Counted from the first letter of the whole stretch, positions 1 through 10,534 are shown. The stretch: DNA of 63,982 nt, filler included, from Limisphaerales bacterium (GCA_044225505.1; 3 parts of 3 records of this genome joined end to end with filler, not necessarily neighbours in it); one strand, 5' to 3'. Numbers and translations are program-made. The notes: generated from the sequence alone by a model not told the origin.

Positions 1-1580
1 AGTTCACTGCGCGAACCGCTGCCCGGAGGATTCATTGCCGTGTCGCTGTTGGACGCGGCCAACGCCGCGCTGATTGAGGACGATACAATGGCGCACCCCT
101 TCGATTCTCCAGAGGGGAGGCAACGACTGTGCGGGTGGCTTTCGAGCCGGGACCCTGACGAATTCAGCTACGCGCACAGTGCGACAGCGGCGTTGCCGTT
201 CATCTCCGATCCCGAGCGCAACGCATTGCTGCAGATCGCAATGAACCATCCGGATACCGGCGTGCAAATCGAGGCGGCTTGGGCGGCGGCCAAGATCGGC
301 CGTGAGGACGGGTATCAAAGGTTGGTACAACATTGCCTCGATTTCAGAACCGCTGAAGTCGCCAAGCGATACTTGGCTGAGCTCGGCCGCGAAGATGTCA
401 TCCCACCTGAAACTCACGAACCCGATTTTGCAGCGTTGTCTGAGTTTGCGCAGTGGCTTTCCCATCCCAACGAACTCGGTCGTTCGCCCGATGAATTGGA
501 AGTGGCAGTCATCGTGAATTACCTGGCAGAGCAAAGTTGAAACCATTTTGGCCGATCAAAATACCTTCCGCGACAGCAGGACTGCAAGGTGACGTGGAGT
601 GCGGTTTGATGGCAGCGTAATCTCCTTTATCTCCTACAGGCAGCGTCGCCACGGGTGCTATGCAGTTCTATTGAGGTGGAGCAAAATGGGCTAATCGAAG
701 AAACGGATGTTCGAGAAGAGGAGGCAAGCGATTATGAGAATTTGCTGGGACAATGGTGTGGCCGCCCGTTGGAAAACCCTCAACTTCTATTCGTAGCTGA
801 AATCTCGCCGGATCTCGAATACCCAGAGCGGCTCGTTGGACTGGCGTCTGCAAAATTGGATAGCGAAGCCGGATGGGTGATTCTTGATGGGACGCACAGC
901 GAGTGGTATCCAAAAGCCGAGCAACCCAACGGCGCTTACGAAAGCGTAGTTCTCTAAGATTCACATTGGTCGGCGTCTGCTGGGGTTGACCGAAAGGACC
1001 TGGAGAGGAAGAAATTCTTTCCCCGGCAAGTCCCTGCGGTCGCCCGAACACATTATCGCCTACGAGAAGTTGTTGAGTGAAGCCGAGCATGCTGAGAACA
1101 GAAAGAAGCGATGCGGCGTTCAGCAGTTTCTGACCGCTTGAAAGCATTTCGATCACATTGATGCGCTGTATCACTCCGGGCGCGCTAAAGACGTCCGGAA
1201 CCTTTCTGGCACCGCACTGGGGGCGCACAGAAGGTTACTCGAAGCTGGGAAACGCCGCGTTCAAATGCGAGCAACTTGATCTCGCAAACCAATTCTTCCT
1301 TAAGTATCACGAATGCTGCGTTAACTACGAACGCGGCGAGGAGATGGGATTGCTCGCGGAGATTTGGTGCCGAGACGGAAAACCGGAATCGGCAAGGGAC
1401 TTGTTGCTTGACTGTTTACACAGGCTCGTTGCTGGGAGCGAATCGGCCAGCGGTTCAGATGAGGCGCTCTTCGAGAAGTGGTTTCAGAACCAACGCGGGA
1501 AGTTCTTGAAGTTGTTCCCCGGTGAAGAGGCTCTGCTGGCAACTCAAGGGATTCCCGCTTCCACCTTGCGCCAGAGCTGA
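1..1580 (+). pseudogene. Fragmented helical-repeat (HEAT/TPR-like) hypothetical protein, 5'-truncated by the window
   Basis: The frame of ORF 40..540 is open from base 1. ORFs 655..957 and 1158..1580 continue a similar acidic, helical protein in other frames. The breaks could be sequencing errors. Confidence 0.5.
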
Positions 1581-1666
1581 CTTGGATTTGCATGCCAACC
1601 GGAAACACTGGTCGAGGGAACTGCGTGAAGCTTGACAGCGATACAGCGCTTGAGCTTTGTGCACGT

Positions 1667-2347
1667 TCATTTTCCGACATGAAGCTCCGAAGTCTGAGGT
1701 GCCGCCTGCATTGGTAACACGATGAGCTTGTCGCTGGTGAGCATCGCGTTGACAGGGGATCCATGCGGTAGCGCGTGGAGGGCGACCTCGGGGAACCAGC
1801 CTCTCCAACCGCGATCATACCATCGCATGGCGGTCCTCAGCCTGGGACCGGGCTTGTGACAACTTAAAGCGAATTCCCATGCAGTAACGTCGGATGGAAG
1901 CCAAATGGTTAAATCCACCGCCTTGGCAATGTCGAGCATACCGGGGGCTCCACTAAGCCTGATTCCCGAACATTCTTCCCAGGTAGATTGTCTTTCAACT
2001 CGGCACCCGTAATATGGCACATGACCATCCCAGCTCTCGAAGGCAATGGGCTGAGTTCCTGTATTCTTGAGCCTGACTCGAACGAGCAGGACCCCGGCAT
2101 TGGTCTGCACGTTCAATCCAGGATCTAGCGGCGACGTGCTGAACCGTAACGACGGTGTGCCCGAGTCTATCTGATCCTCCTTTGGTTCAGCGCCGGTGTA
2201 ACTGGTTACGTTCGTTCGACTATATTCCAGCACCGTGAGCGTTGCTCGGGGAATGAACAGGTTATCTCGCTTCTTCTCAACCACCCAGAAGACTACGAGC
2301 ATGAGTAGGCCACAGAAGACAAGCGCGATGGTGGTCCTACTTCGCAT
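1667..2347 (-). CDS. Hypothetical protein with N-terminal membrane anchor (cassette-like gene)
   Basis: ATG at 2347 (MRSRTTIALVFCGLLMLVVFWVV) followed by a soluble domain; no recognised family. Confidence 0.65.
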   Translation of the reverse strand: MRSRTTIALVFCGLLMLVVFWVVEKKRDNLFIPRATLTVLEYSRTNVTSYTGAEPKEDQIDSGTPSLRFSTSPLDPGLNVQTNAGVLLVRVRLKNTGTQPIAFESWDGHVPYYGCRVERQSTWEECSGIRLSGAPGMLDIAKAVDLTIWLPSDVTAWEFALSCHKPGPRLRTAMRWYDRGWRGWFPEVALHALPHGSPVNAMLTSDKLIVLPMQAAPQTSELHVGK

Positions 2348-2527
2348 ATCAGTGAGCTGACTGACTGCCGCCGCCAAATGGAAAACTCCAGAAGCCAGTC
2401 AGGCGTTCAGCAACCGCGATGGCGCTTGCGGTTGGTCGGTTGGATCGCTGGCTGGGCTTCATTTCCCGAAGATGCTGACGCAACCGCGAAAAAACCGGGA
2501 AGCGGCAGTCAGTGTCGATCCCTGGCC
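2344..2527 (-). mobile_element. Highly degenerate attC-like inverted repeat
   Basis: Perfect 12-bp inverted repeat ACTGACTGCCGC (2360-2371) / GCGGCAGTCAGT (2502-2513). The R'-like GATATGC overlaps the next ATG. No clean R'' box. Confidence 0.3.
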
Positions 2528-2537
2528 AACGGAGTAT

Positions 2538-2912
2538 TTAAAGAGCATAGCGCGAAATGCACATCGCATTAGTTCCGTTGAGGTTGACAGTAACGATTCG
2601 GCATCGCCGAAGCGCGTTGGTGAAGTAGAACGCGCCGTTTGTCGCCGTTTTGCGGTGAAAGTAGACGTCCGGCAGTCGGGCCTGCGGTGCGCTACGCGGC
2701 TTCCATTCCGCGAGGTTCAATCCTGACATATCCATGACCTGCCGCGCGATTGGCAGGGCTTGTTCTTCGGAGAGGTTGACTGCTCCAGTAGGAAGCCCAA
2801 TCGTGCACTGCACCTTTGTAAATTCGGCGTAAAGATGTGGGAAGGCTGCAACAAGCAAACAGATCACCGCCGCAGCAAGGACCATGACTGTCCGTCGTGG
2901 CGACTTGTCCAT
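2538..2912 (-). CDS. Hypothetical protein with N-terminal hydrophobic segment
   Basis: ATG at 2912 (MDKSPRRTVMVLAAAVICLLVAAF), 8 nt after the stop of the upstream gene. Confidence 0.55.
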   Translation of the reverse strand: MDKSPRRTVMVLAAAVICLLVAAFPHLYAEFTKVQCTIGLPTGAVNLSEEQALPIARQVMDMSGLNLAEWKPRSAPQARLPDVYFHRKTATNGAFYFTNALRRCRIVTVNLNGTNAMCISRYAL

Positions 2913-2920
2913 GCCTTTAG

Positions 2921-3466
2921 TCACTTCTGCCCGCGAAGTGGCGGGCAAACCTTGCTCACCAGAACAGGGTGCCCCACCCAGTGCAACCAAAGCTCGCAAT
3001 TCCGGGTGAAAGCGTCAGCGCCCTCAACCACGACGGAATACTCGCGCCCTGCCTGAACTAGTCCGTCGAGCGCACCATTGGCGTATCGCTCACGATCCGT
3101 CAACACCACGCAGCTGCGCTCGTGCCGAGTTAGCCAATTGTTGGTGTGCCACGAAAGGCTGCTGATTTCCTTCGAAAAGAGTCGCACCCGATTCGAGAGG
3201 ACCGTGATGCGGAACGAAACGTTTGTCCGGCTCGCGGTCGCCATGAGCTGCTCGGAGCACGCCAGGAGAATATCGCAACGGTCACCGCGAGGGCATTTGA
3301 AGCTCCAGGTATTCGAAGTTCCGATTGCGACAGTCAGCCTCTCAGTCCGCGACACCGGATTTCCCAGGGGCAATAGGATGAAGAAGAGCACGACGAGCAC
3401 TCCAACAATCCAGGACCACCGCCGTTTAGAATTAGCGATCAATGCTGACGCTTTGAATCGGTTCAT
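2921..3466 (-). CDS. Hypothetical protein with N-terminal membrane anchor
   Basis: 181-aa ORF with TM segment WSWIVGVLVVLFFILLPL. Confidence 0.6.
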   Translation of the reverse strand: MNRFKASALIANSKRRWSWIVGVLVVLFFILLPLGNPVSRTERLTVAIGTSNTWSFKCPRGDRCDILLACSEQLMATASRTNVSFRITVLSNRVRLFSKEISSLSWHTNNWLTRHERSCVVLTDRERYANGALDGLVQAGREYSVVVEGADAFTRNCELWLHWVGHPVLVSKVCPPLRGQK

Positions 3467-3484
3467 TAAACCCTGGGGTTTGCT

Positions 3485-3572
3485 GCTGCACGGTCCAAAT
3501 CATCGACCCCGTCCTGTTGACGTGGAATCGACCAAGGCAGACGGCGATGTTTGATGTATTTGATTGTTGAAC
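3485..3572 (-). mobile_element. attC-like site (degenerate R')
   Basis: Minus strand reads GTTCAAC (RYYYAAC), 5 nt, L'' AATACATC, inner stem CCGTC/GACGG, L' GATGATT (L'' has one extra base), 6 nt, GTGCAGC. It lies between a stop codon and the next ATG. Confidence 0.45.
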
Positions 3573-3580
3573 GTCAGGCA

Positions 3581-4075
3581 TCATTTGTTAGGCGCCTTTC
3601 GCCAAAGCGACAGGCCTCTCTGTTTCGAAGAGAGCCAGATCGAAGCCGGAGGAGTGGGCATCTGTTCAAACTCCATCTCGAGTTGATATGAGTGGCCTGG
3701 CCTCAAAGCGCTGCTGAGTGATTCATCTCCGTTGGCAGCCGAATCTAGAATAAAGCCTCCTGCTGCGGCGGCACGCGGCAAGTCAGCCCAAAGCTGCGAG
3801 TTCGTCGAGTCGAACAGCCTCCTGGTTATAGATTCATCTCGCAGGGTTGCCCAACCCCGGAATGGCGGAAGCGGGCCAGTTGGAGGAATTTCACGACCAA
3901 AGGCAATGGCGATATGAAAATTCTTGCCTTGTGGACAAACAAAGTAGTTCGTTATGCGCGGACCAGACACATCACCGATCTTTGCGGCTGTCGAATAATA
4001 TTGCATCAAACTCGTCAGAACTACCCACAGAACGAAGGCGAAAATCCCGCAAATAAGCAGCTTCATGGCGTTCAC
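3581..4075 (-). CDS. Hypothetical protein with N-terminal membrane anchor
   Basis: 164-aa ORF with MKLLICGIFAFVLWVVLTSL; ends ...APNK* across a GCCTAAC motif. Confidence 0.65.
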   Translation of the reverse strand: MNAMKLLICGIFAFVLWVVLTSLMQYYSTAAKIGDVSGPRITNYFVCPQGKNFHIAIAFGREIPPTGPLPPFRGWATLRDESITRRLFDSTNSQLWADLPRAAAAGGFILDSAANGDESLSSALRPGHSYQLEMEFEQMPTPPASIWLSSKQRGLSLWRKAPNK

Positions 4076-4116
4076 AGCCGACTATCGCAGTGGTTTGCGC
4101 ATGAGTTCACGATTAC

Positions 4117-4210
4117 GTCCAATGGCAACCTAACCGACAGCGCCGCTTGAACGCGATCAACTCGCGCACGCGGATTCGCTGCTGCTGGTCGGTTTAGGAC
4201 TGCGTTAGAA
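4117..4210 (-). mobile_element. attC-like recombination site
   Basis: Minus strand reads TTCTAAC, 5 nt, CCTAAACCGAC ... GTCGGTTAGG, 5 nt, ATTGGAC. It has an extra base in L'', an inner stem, and begins 6 nt after the upstream stop. R' carries a G-to-A change. Confidence 0.6.
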
Positions 4211-4216
4211 CGATGT

Positions 4217-4447
4217 CTAGTCACTTCCCGCCATCCAGTCTCGCAACCGAACTCTGCCATCGGCAACAGTCCAGAGCTGCGATAGGCGGTGGATCTGGTA
4301 GCGACGGAGGACTGCGTCTACCCAGGCGGGGGCATCGGACCAAATTACAAACGCGCGAAAGACCAGGAGCGGTGCGACGATCACAAGAAAAAGGCAAGCA
4401 CCGAGTTGCTCCAGCAAGCGAGTGGTAGGTGAATTATTCACGGGCAA
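4217..4447 (-). CDS. Small putative membrane protein
   Basis: 76-aa ORF with one hydrophobic stretch; its stop abuts the attC-like site. Confidence 0.35.
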   Translation of the reverse strand: MPVNNSPTTRLLEQLGACLFLVIVAPLLVFRAFVIWSDAPAWVDAVLRRYQIHRLSQLWTVADGRVRLRDWMAGSD

Positions 4448-4724
4448 ACCTTACTTCCATCTGATTATCCGCCAGCCAGGCGTTTGCTGGATCTTCCGAC
4501 CCAAGGCCGCTTCTTACCCTTGGAGGCGAAGCCGGGTTCGGTAGTCCACTGGGGATGTTCATGCTGAACTTCCATACCCTTTCCAACGTGCTATTGCCAG
4601 TTTCATCGTGTCTCTTGGCCAAAAAGTATGGGAAATTGACATCAGGATTCGATGGCTGCCCATGCATTGCCCGTCGTGTTCCCATCAGAAATCCCGGCAT
4701 GCCTGCGGTGTATCGGATCAGTTT

Positions 4725-5450
4725 TCATCCGTTGAAATAGCCAACGAAGATCATCCAGATATGAAAACCGACGAAAACAACACCGGCCACGATGGATGCT
4801 GCGAAAAAGAGTCGCTCTGTCGCTGCCGTCCTTGAACCACTGGCGAGAATCAACGCCCTATAGGTTCCCGGAAGAATCATCGCCAGCACCAGTAAATAGC
4901 GTAGCAACGGCAGCGGCTTTGCCGCGATAGCCATGGCAATCCCAGTTTTCACGCTTGGGTTAAACTCGCTGCTGGTGTTCCAAAACCGGCTCGGCCATTG
5001 GGCGTTAGCCATCCAGTGGATCACATGACTAAATCCCGCAAGTAGGGACCATGCGAGCCCAAGTGTGGCCGCACCGCACAAGGCGATTCTGACTGCGCTC
5101 AGCCAACCACTTTCCTCGCGCAGAAAGGCGACGATGAAGACGCAGTACAGCAAAGTGACCCCGGCAAAGGTGGGATGCCAAAAGGCGGATCGCTGGGGAA
5201 GGCGCTCGGAGTAACCATTGTCGAAGTCTCTTTTCTCCTGCTCGATCTCCTTGTCGGTTTGCTCCCTGAGATACTTCCGCGCTGCCGTATTCGTCCACGT
5301 GATCCCACTATCGTCAGAGCGCAAGAGTATTGCTGAGTCAACCAGGACATACTTGCGGGGTCCGTGACGGAGATTCGTTGTTGCACTGTCGGGAAGAATG
5401 CCACCTGGAAAAGTTGAGAAACTGTCGCCCGCGTTGGTGCTCACGGCCAT
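4725..5450 (-). CDS. Multi-TM membrane protein with a BNR-like motif, 5'-truncated at the N
   Basis: LLRSDDSGITW (Asp-box) followed by about 4 TM helices; the reading frame runs into the N at 5451. Confidence 0.6.
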   Translation of the reverse strand: MAVSTNAGDSFSTFPGGILPDSATTNLRHGPRKYVLVDSAILLRSDDSGITWTNTAARKYLREQTDKEIEQEKRDFDNGYSERLPQRSAFWHPTFAGVTLLYCVFIVAFLREESGWLSAVRIALCGAATLGLAWSLLAGFSHVIHWMANAQWPSRFWNTSSEFNPSVKTGIAMAIAAKPLPLLRYLLVLAMILPGTYRALILASGSRTAATERLFFAASIVAGVVFVGFHIWMIFVGYFNG

Positions 5451-5451
5451 N

Positions 5452-5567
5452 AGACCAGGTGGTAATGGCACCCACCTTCCTCGGCAGCGAACCGGTCCAC
5501 ACCCAAACCGGCAAGTATGCGGGCAACGTCATCCTCCAGGACGAACAGAGCAGCAGAGCACGTTCGC
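5452..5567 (+). pseudogene. Short fragment resembling DUF3500-family proteins
   Basis: [15 protein letters not shown]...[13 protein letters not shown], recognised from memory of the family. It is joined abruptly to the kinase relic. Confidence 0.4.
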
Positions 5568-5808
5568 TGACGCAGGCGTTCGTAGCCGCCGAGGTCAGGA
5601 GCGGACGTCGGGAGATGCCGAGGAATCCGCTTCCTCACGTCAGCGGCTACAGGATGAGTTGCACCAGCTCAACGGCGATCTTGATTGGATCGTCATAAAG
5701 TGTCTCGAGAAGGATCGACAACGTCGCTAGGACACCGCCAACACTCTTTTTTGGGGATTGATCCTTCGTCCGCGGGAGGAAGACCTGTCGGACACTCGGC
5801 CCGAACTT
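5568..5808 (+). repeat. Direct repeat copy 1: Ser/Thr kinase relic containing a GTAG-type palindrome
   Basis: Matches 6185-6412 except for a 13-nt indel (AGGAGCGGACGTC) and one substitution. Encodes ...[22 protein letters not shown]. Confidence 0.9.
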
Positions 5809-6184
5809 TTGCGCCAGGTGGGAGAAGGCAAGGAATGCAGTTGGGCAGTGGTCAATCTCCGCTTCATGCGTTCCCAATGGGCCTATCCGAGGAATGATTA
5901 CGAGGAGGCGCTGCGCTTACTCCATGACTCTCTCTGACGAATGAACCTTGCCCCAGGGCAAGTTGTGGCTATCGGCCAATGACGGATCGTCACTGGCGTC
6001 CATTGCGTTTGTGCGACTTACGCGCGCGGCGCTATCGCGAAACAACTTATTTCCAAGACCTTGCGCTGCCATCCACAATTGTGGACGACGGGAAACCGCG
6101 CGTCAGAAGTAACGGTTGCCCTTAATGCGACCATTCCGTCAATCTCGATCCGCGAGAAAGAGCCGGTCCGTCCGAGCAGGCGCT

Positions 6185-6412
6185 TGACGCAGGCGTTCGT
6201 AGCCGCCGAGGTCGGGAGATGCCGAGGAATCCGCTTCCTCACGTCAGCGGCTACAGGATGAGTTGCACCAGCTCAAAGGCGATCTTGATTGGATCGTCAT
6301 AAAGTGTCTCGAGAAGGATCGACAACGTCGCTAGGACACCGCCAACACTCTTTTTTGGGGATTGATCCTTCGTCCGCGGGAGGAAGACCTGTCGGACACT
6401 CGGCCCGAACTT
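6185..6412 (+). repeat. Direct repeat copy 2: Ser/Thr kinase relic containing a GTAG-type palindrome
   Basis: Preceded by the kinase motif IREKEPVRPSRRL; the palindrome spans 6199-6254. Confidence 0.9.
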
Positions 6413-6554
6413 GAACAACGCGATTACAGCTCGGCGACGCCCGGATGCGGGGCAGTTTGGCAATCACCCAGGCAAGCGGAGTTACACGATCCGGCAAAAC
6501 GAGTTTGGAATGACCGTGACAACTGAATTCGACAGCGCGATCATTTGCCGAAGC

Positions 6555-8657
6555 ATGAAGTTGTTCGGTCGATGGCTGATTAACTTGCGTATTCTGCTGC
6601 CTGTTCGGAGTTTGCGCCAGCCGGAATCTTTTCCTCGAGTTTCGTTCATCGTCGTCCTGCTCAGTGCTTGGCTTGGGGCGAATTTGCTAGCGGAGGATTT
6701 AGCTGATAACTGGACGTGGCGAGGCCCGATCCCGACATCGAATCCGCTTTACGGCATCACTTTTGGCAACGATCTCTTTATCGCAGTAGGAGGCAATGAA
6801 GGGCCTGGCGGGATCATCACTTCATCGGACGGGCTTCAGTGGAGCACCCGCGCAAACCCCACCGACAAGAGTCTGTTCGGCGTCTCGTACGGCGACCACC
6901 AGTTTGTGGCCGTTGGTGAAGCGGGCACCATCATAACGTCACCGGACGGCGTTCTTTGGACAGCTCGAGAGTCCGGTTCGACGAACTCTCTGTCCGCTAT
7001 CTGCTACGGAGGTGGAACGTTCGTAGCGGTTGGAGACAACGGAACCATCTTGAGCTCGGCGGACGCGCTGAATTGGCAGACGCATCATCCAGACACCAGC
7101 CACGACTTAAAGGCCGTGACCTATGGTAATGGGGTTTTTGTCAGTGTGGCCGCCTATCGGACTTTCTTAAGGTCTACAGACGGGATCGCTTGGACTCTGG
7201 TAGAATCCGGCCAAGAATACGTAAACCATCAAATAACCGATGTTACGTTTGGCAATGGGCTCTTTGTTGCAGCTGGAAATGACGCCATCCTGGGAAACGC
7301 CATTGTCACTTCATCAGATGGAATTCAATGGGCCGAGACAACTACTCGATGTTTCACTCTCCATGGAATTGCATATGGCGGCGGGCAGTTTGTCGCCGTT
7401 CCCGACTACGGATCGGGCGCGACTTCAAAAGACGGTAAGAATTGGACCTGCGGCAGCGCGATAGAATCTTCACAATCGCTTTACCGCGTAGCGTATGGAC
7501 TAGGGAGATACGTCGCCGTTGGGAATCGCGGCGCATTGTTCACCTCGGTGGACGGGCTAAGTTGGAGCAATCTGCAGACCGGTGCATCTGGTTCATTGTT
7601 CGATGTGGCGTGGGGCAATAACACTCTGATTGCGGTCGGTGCGACGACGACGATTTACGACTCATCCGATTCAGAATCCCAAGGCATTCTAACGTCGCTC
7701 AACGGACTCGAGTGGCGCCAAGAAGCGGGAATTAAGTATTCGCCATTCCTTTGGGGAGTAACCTTTGGCTCCGGGAGATTTGTGGCGGTTTCTCAGTGGG
7801 CAGACGTGGGCTCGAGCCAGGTATCTGTTAACGGTTCTCAATGGCAGAATAATGTTCTTTTTGGTCCCCAGGGTGGCTCAAGCGTGACGTATGGTAATGG
7901 GGTATTTGTAACTGTTGGTTCCACTGCAACCGGAATCGGAGAGTTCAGGCCAGCAATTGCTACTTCCGACAATGGATTGACCTGGAAGCAAGTTGCTGTG
8001 ACCAACTACCTGAACGGTATCGGGTTCGGGGGTGGGACCTTCGTCGCTGTGGGATGGCAGGGCGCTCTACTCGTTTCTGCCAATGCAACCAATTGGTCTT
8101 ACGCCTCGTCGGGCACAAACGTGAGACTGAACCGCGTAGGATACGGCGGTGGCAGGTTTATTGTTACCGGCGAGAACGGCACTATATTAACTTCGCAAGA
8201 CGGTCATTTTTGGTCCACAGCAGTCTCTGGCACTACGAATACTCTTCAAGGTATTGCTTATGGCGCTGATCAATACGTCGTCGTGGGCGCGAAGGGGACG
8301 ATTCTGGCGTCTACAGACGGATTCACTTGGAGCAGGAAAGTGTCCGGCACGCACAACGACCTATTTGGTGCCGTGTACGCGCGCGAGACCTTCTTCATCG
8401 TAGGCAATGCTGGAACCATCCTTCAGTCTGGAACTAAGCCTTTCAACCTGCGTTTCCACGACCTTCGCCTGCATCCAGACGGTATGGAAATGCACCTTAC
8501 CGGGGAATTAGGTCGGAGCTTTCGAATCGAGTCATCCACAAACCTTCTGGATTGGTCTGAAAGTTCCGTTCTTACATCGGCTAAGGACGGGGTGCTCTAC
8601 CTAGATGCGAGTCCGCCGACTCAGACTTTCAAGTTCGACCGAGCCGTTGCTCCCTGA
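6555..8657 (+). CDS. Secreted beta-propeller protein with BNR/Asp-box (WD40/YVTN-like) repeats
   Basis: Many repeats of L-x-x-V-x-YG-x-G-x-FVAVG-x-x-G-T-I-L-x-S-x-DG-x-x-W, a signal-like N-terminus, and a short C-terminal beta domain. Likely start is ATG 6555; the frame is open from 6411. Confidence 0.85.
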   Translation: MKLFGRWLINLRILLPVRSLRQPESFPRVSFIVVLLSAWLGANLLAEDLADNWTWRGPIPTSNPLYGITFGNDLFIAVGGNEGPGGIITSSDGLQWSTRANPTDKSLFGVSYGDHQFVAVGEAGTIITSPDGVLWTARESGSTNSLSAICYGGGTFVAVGDNGTILSSADALNWQTHHPDTSHDLKAVTYGNGVFVSVAAYRTFLRSTDGIAWTLVESGQEYVNHQITDVTFGNGLFVAAGNDAILGNAIVTSSDGIQWAETTTRCFTLHGIAYGGGQFVAVPDYGSGATSKDGKNWTCGSAIESSQSLYRVAYGLGRYVAVGNRGALFTSVDGLSWSNLQTGASGSLFDVAWGNNTLIAVGATTTIYDSSDSESQGILTSLNGLEWRQEAGIKYSPFLWGVTFGSGRFVAVSQWADVGSSQVSVNGSQWQNNVLFGPQGGSSVTYGNGVFVTVGSTATGIGEFRPAIATSDNGLTWKQVAVTNYLNGIGFGGGTFVAVGWQGALLVSANATNWSYASSGTNVRLNRVGYGGGRFIVTGENGTILTSQDGHFWSTAVSGTTNTLQGIAYGADQYVVVGAKGTILASTDGFTWSRKVSGTHNDLFGAVYARETFFIVGNAGTILQSGTKPFNLRFHDLRLHPDGMEMHLTGELGRSFRIESSTNLLDWSESSVLTSAKDGVLYLDASPPTQTFKFDRAVAP

Positions 8658-9047
8658 GCGAATTGCCAAGAAAGGAGTTTCGGCCCGACTGGATTGCGAT
8701 GATGGTCGCAGTTGGGAGTGCTATCGCGTGACTGCATTTCGCTGTTTCATTACCCAAGTTCATAAGGCAGGGCGGGGAGGGTCCTGCATTTCTGTAGATT
8801 GCGCGGCAGAAGTTGGTTCTGCTGGAGCTGGCTACGGATTCATTATCAATGCGGGCGCGAGCGCCGTGCTCTGCCTTAACCTTGCGTTTGTGCTGGTGCT
8901 GCGTGAGGAGCCTGGCGACGTCTTGTCCAAGATAGAAATGCTTGTCAGCGGCAGCGCTAAGCACAGAGCCACCGGCAAAAGAAATCGCTGACGTTTGGCA
9001 CCTTCTCCGCGGTGAGGCAGCTGAATGCCAGTTAATTCAAAGCGTTC

Positions 9048-10534
9048 ATGACCTGCAGACTTGATCCGTCAGCCGCCCTTAGCTTCCGAAGCGCAGCTCT
9101 ATGGGGAACCTTGGGAGTGGCTGGGTTCCACTTGGCATACATTTCCAGTTTATTCAGTGCTGCGATCCTTTTGTTTCTCTACGCTTTGGCAACGCTCGCG
9201 AGGTTGTCCAGTCCCCGCGCATCCTTTTATGCGGGATTCGTCGTGGGGAATGGCTGTTTATGCCTCGCAATTGGCTTCTTTGTCTATCTTCGGCCCTCCA
9301 GCGATAACAATACCTCTGGCAGTCCTAGCGTTTTGGATCGGCTCATTTGTGTTGCTTGCCCATTACGCGCGGAGACAATTCGCTTTGACAATCGCCGCTG
9401 GCAATCCCTCTCCTCTGGATGGGTCTCGAGTATTTCAGGAGCGAATTGTATTACCTCCGATTCGCATGGCTCAGCCCCGGTTTTGCCTTTTCGAACAGCG
9501 TTGGATTACCGGTTTTCGCTAGGGCCGGTGTTTACGGTGTCGGCTTTGCCTTGATGGCTCTGGCATCCGCGCTGGCGCTGGTGACGCCGCGACGCGCCGC
9601 GGTCATCGGTGGTGCGGCCGCGATGCTGGCCATTTCGCTGTTAAGCCAACGGCCGCTTCCAACAACTCTGCGATCGGAACTGGGCACAAACGTTGTGGTC
9701 GCGGCGGTGCAAGTCGAGTTTCCCGTGGAGCTGGAAGTGCCGGAGCTTCTGGATAAGGCACTGGTGCAATGTCCAGGTGCGCAGCTGTTCATGCTTAGTG
9801 AATACGCCTTCGACGGTCCCGTGCCGAAGCAAGTCAGGGAATGGTGCAAGAAAAACAGGCGCTATTTAGTGGCCGGCGGCAAGGATGTGTTGAGCTCGTC
9901 GGAGTATTTCAACACCGCTTTCGTGATTGGTCCATCGGGAGACGTCGTCTTTCAGCAGGCCAAGAGCGTTCCGATTCAGTTCTTCAAAGACGGCCTTCCG
10001 GCCAAGGATCGTCGCCTCTGGGATTCTCCATGGGGAAAGCTCGGGATCTGCATCTGCTACGATCTTAGCTATTCACGAGTCACGGATGATCTGATTCGCC
10101 AAGGAGCCCAAGCACTGTTGGTTCCCACCATGGACGTGGCGGACTGGGGTGTCCACCAACACAATTTGCACGCGCGGGTTGCACCCATGCGCGCTGCGGA
10201 ATACCGCGTCCCCATCCTTCGCGTTGCGAGCTCTGGCGTCTCGCAGCTCGTCACTCGCTCGGGGACCACTTCGGCCTCCGTTCCATTCGGGCAGGCCGGG
10301 GCGATCATTTCGGGATCGCTCAGCCTTGGAGAGCCCGGGCGACTGCCGTGGGACCGCTATGTGGCGCCGTTGGCAACGGTGTTCAGCGGGCTTTTTGCGC
10401 TTTGGCTGCTTGGGAGATTCGCTGTCGCCCATGTCGGCAACCGCGGCAACCGATCGTTGATCAAGATCACGAGGGAGCGCGTCCGCGCTGGCTCCGATTC
10501 GCGTTTCCCTTGCCTTCACGTTGCCTCCTGCTGA
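9048..10534 (+). CDS. lnt: Apolipoprotein N-acyltransferase-like protein (nitrilase family), frameshifted as sequenced
   Basis: N-terminal TM part is split over three frames. C-terminal CN-hydrolase domain has Glu (SEY), Lys (AKS) and Cys (ICYDL), and MRAAEYRVPILRVASSGVS. Confidence 0.75.

Noticed and set aside
4460..4545. Possible further attC (ACCGAAC...CCAAGG/CCTTGG stem on the minus strand)
   Set aside because: No R' box and poor L pairing.
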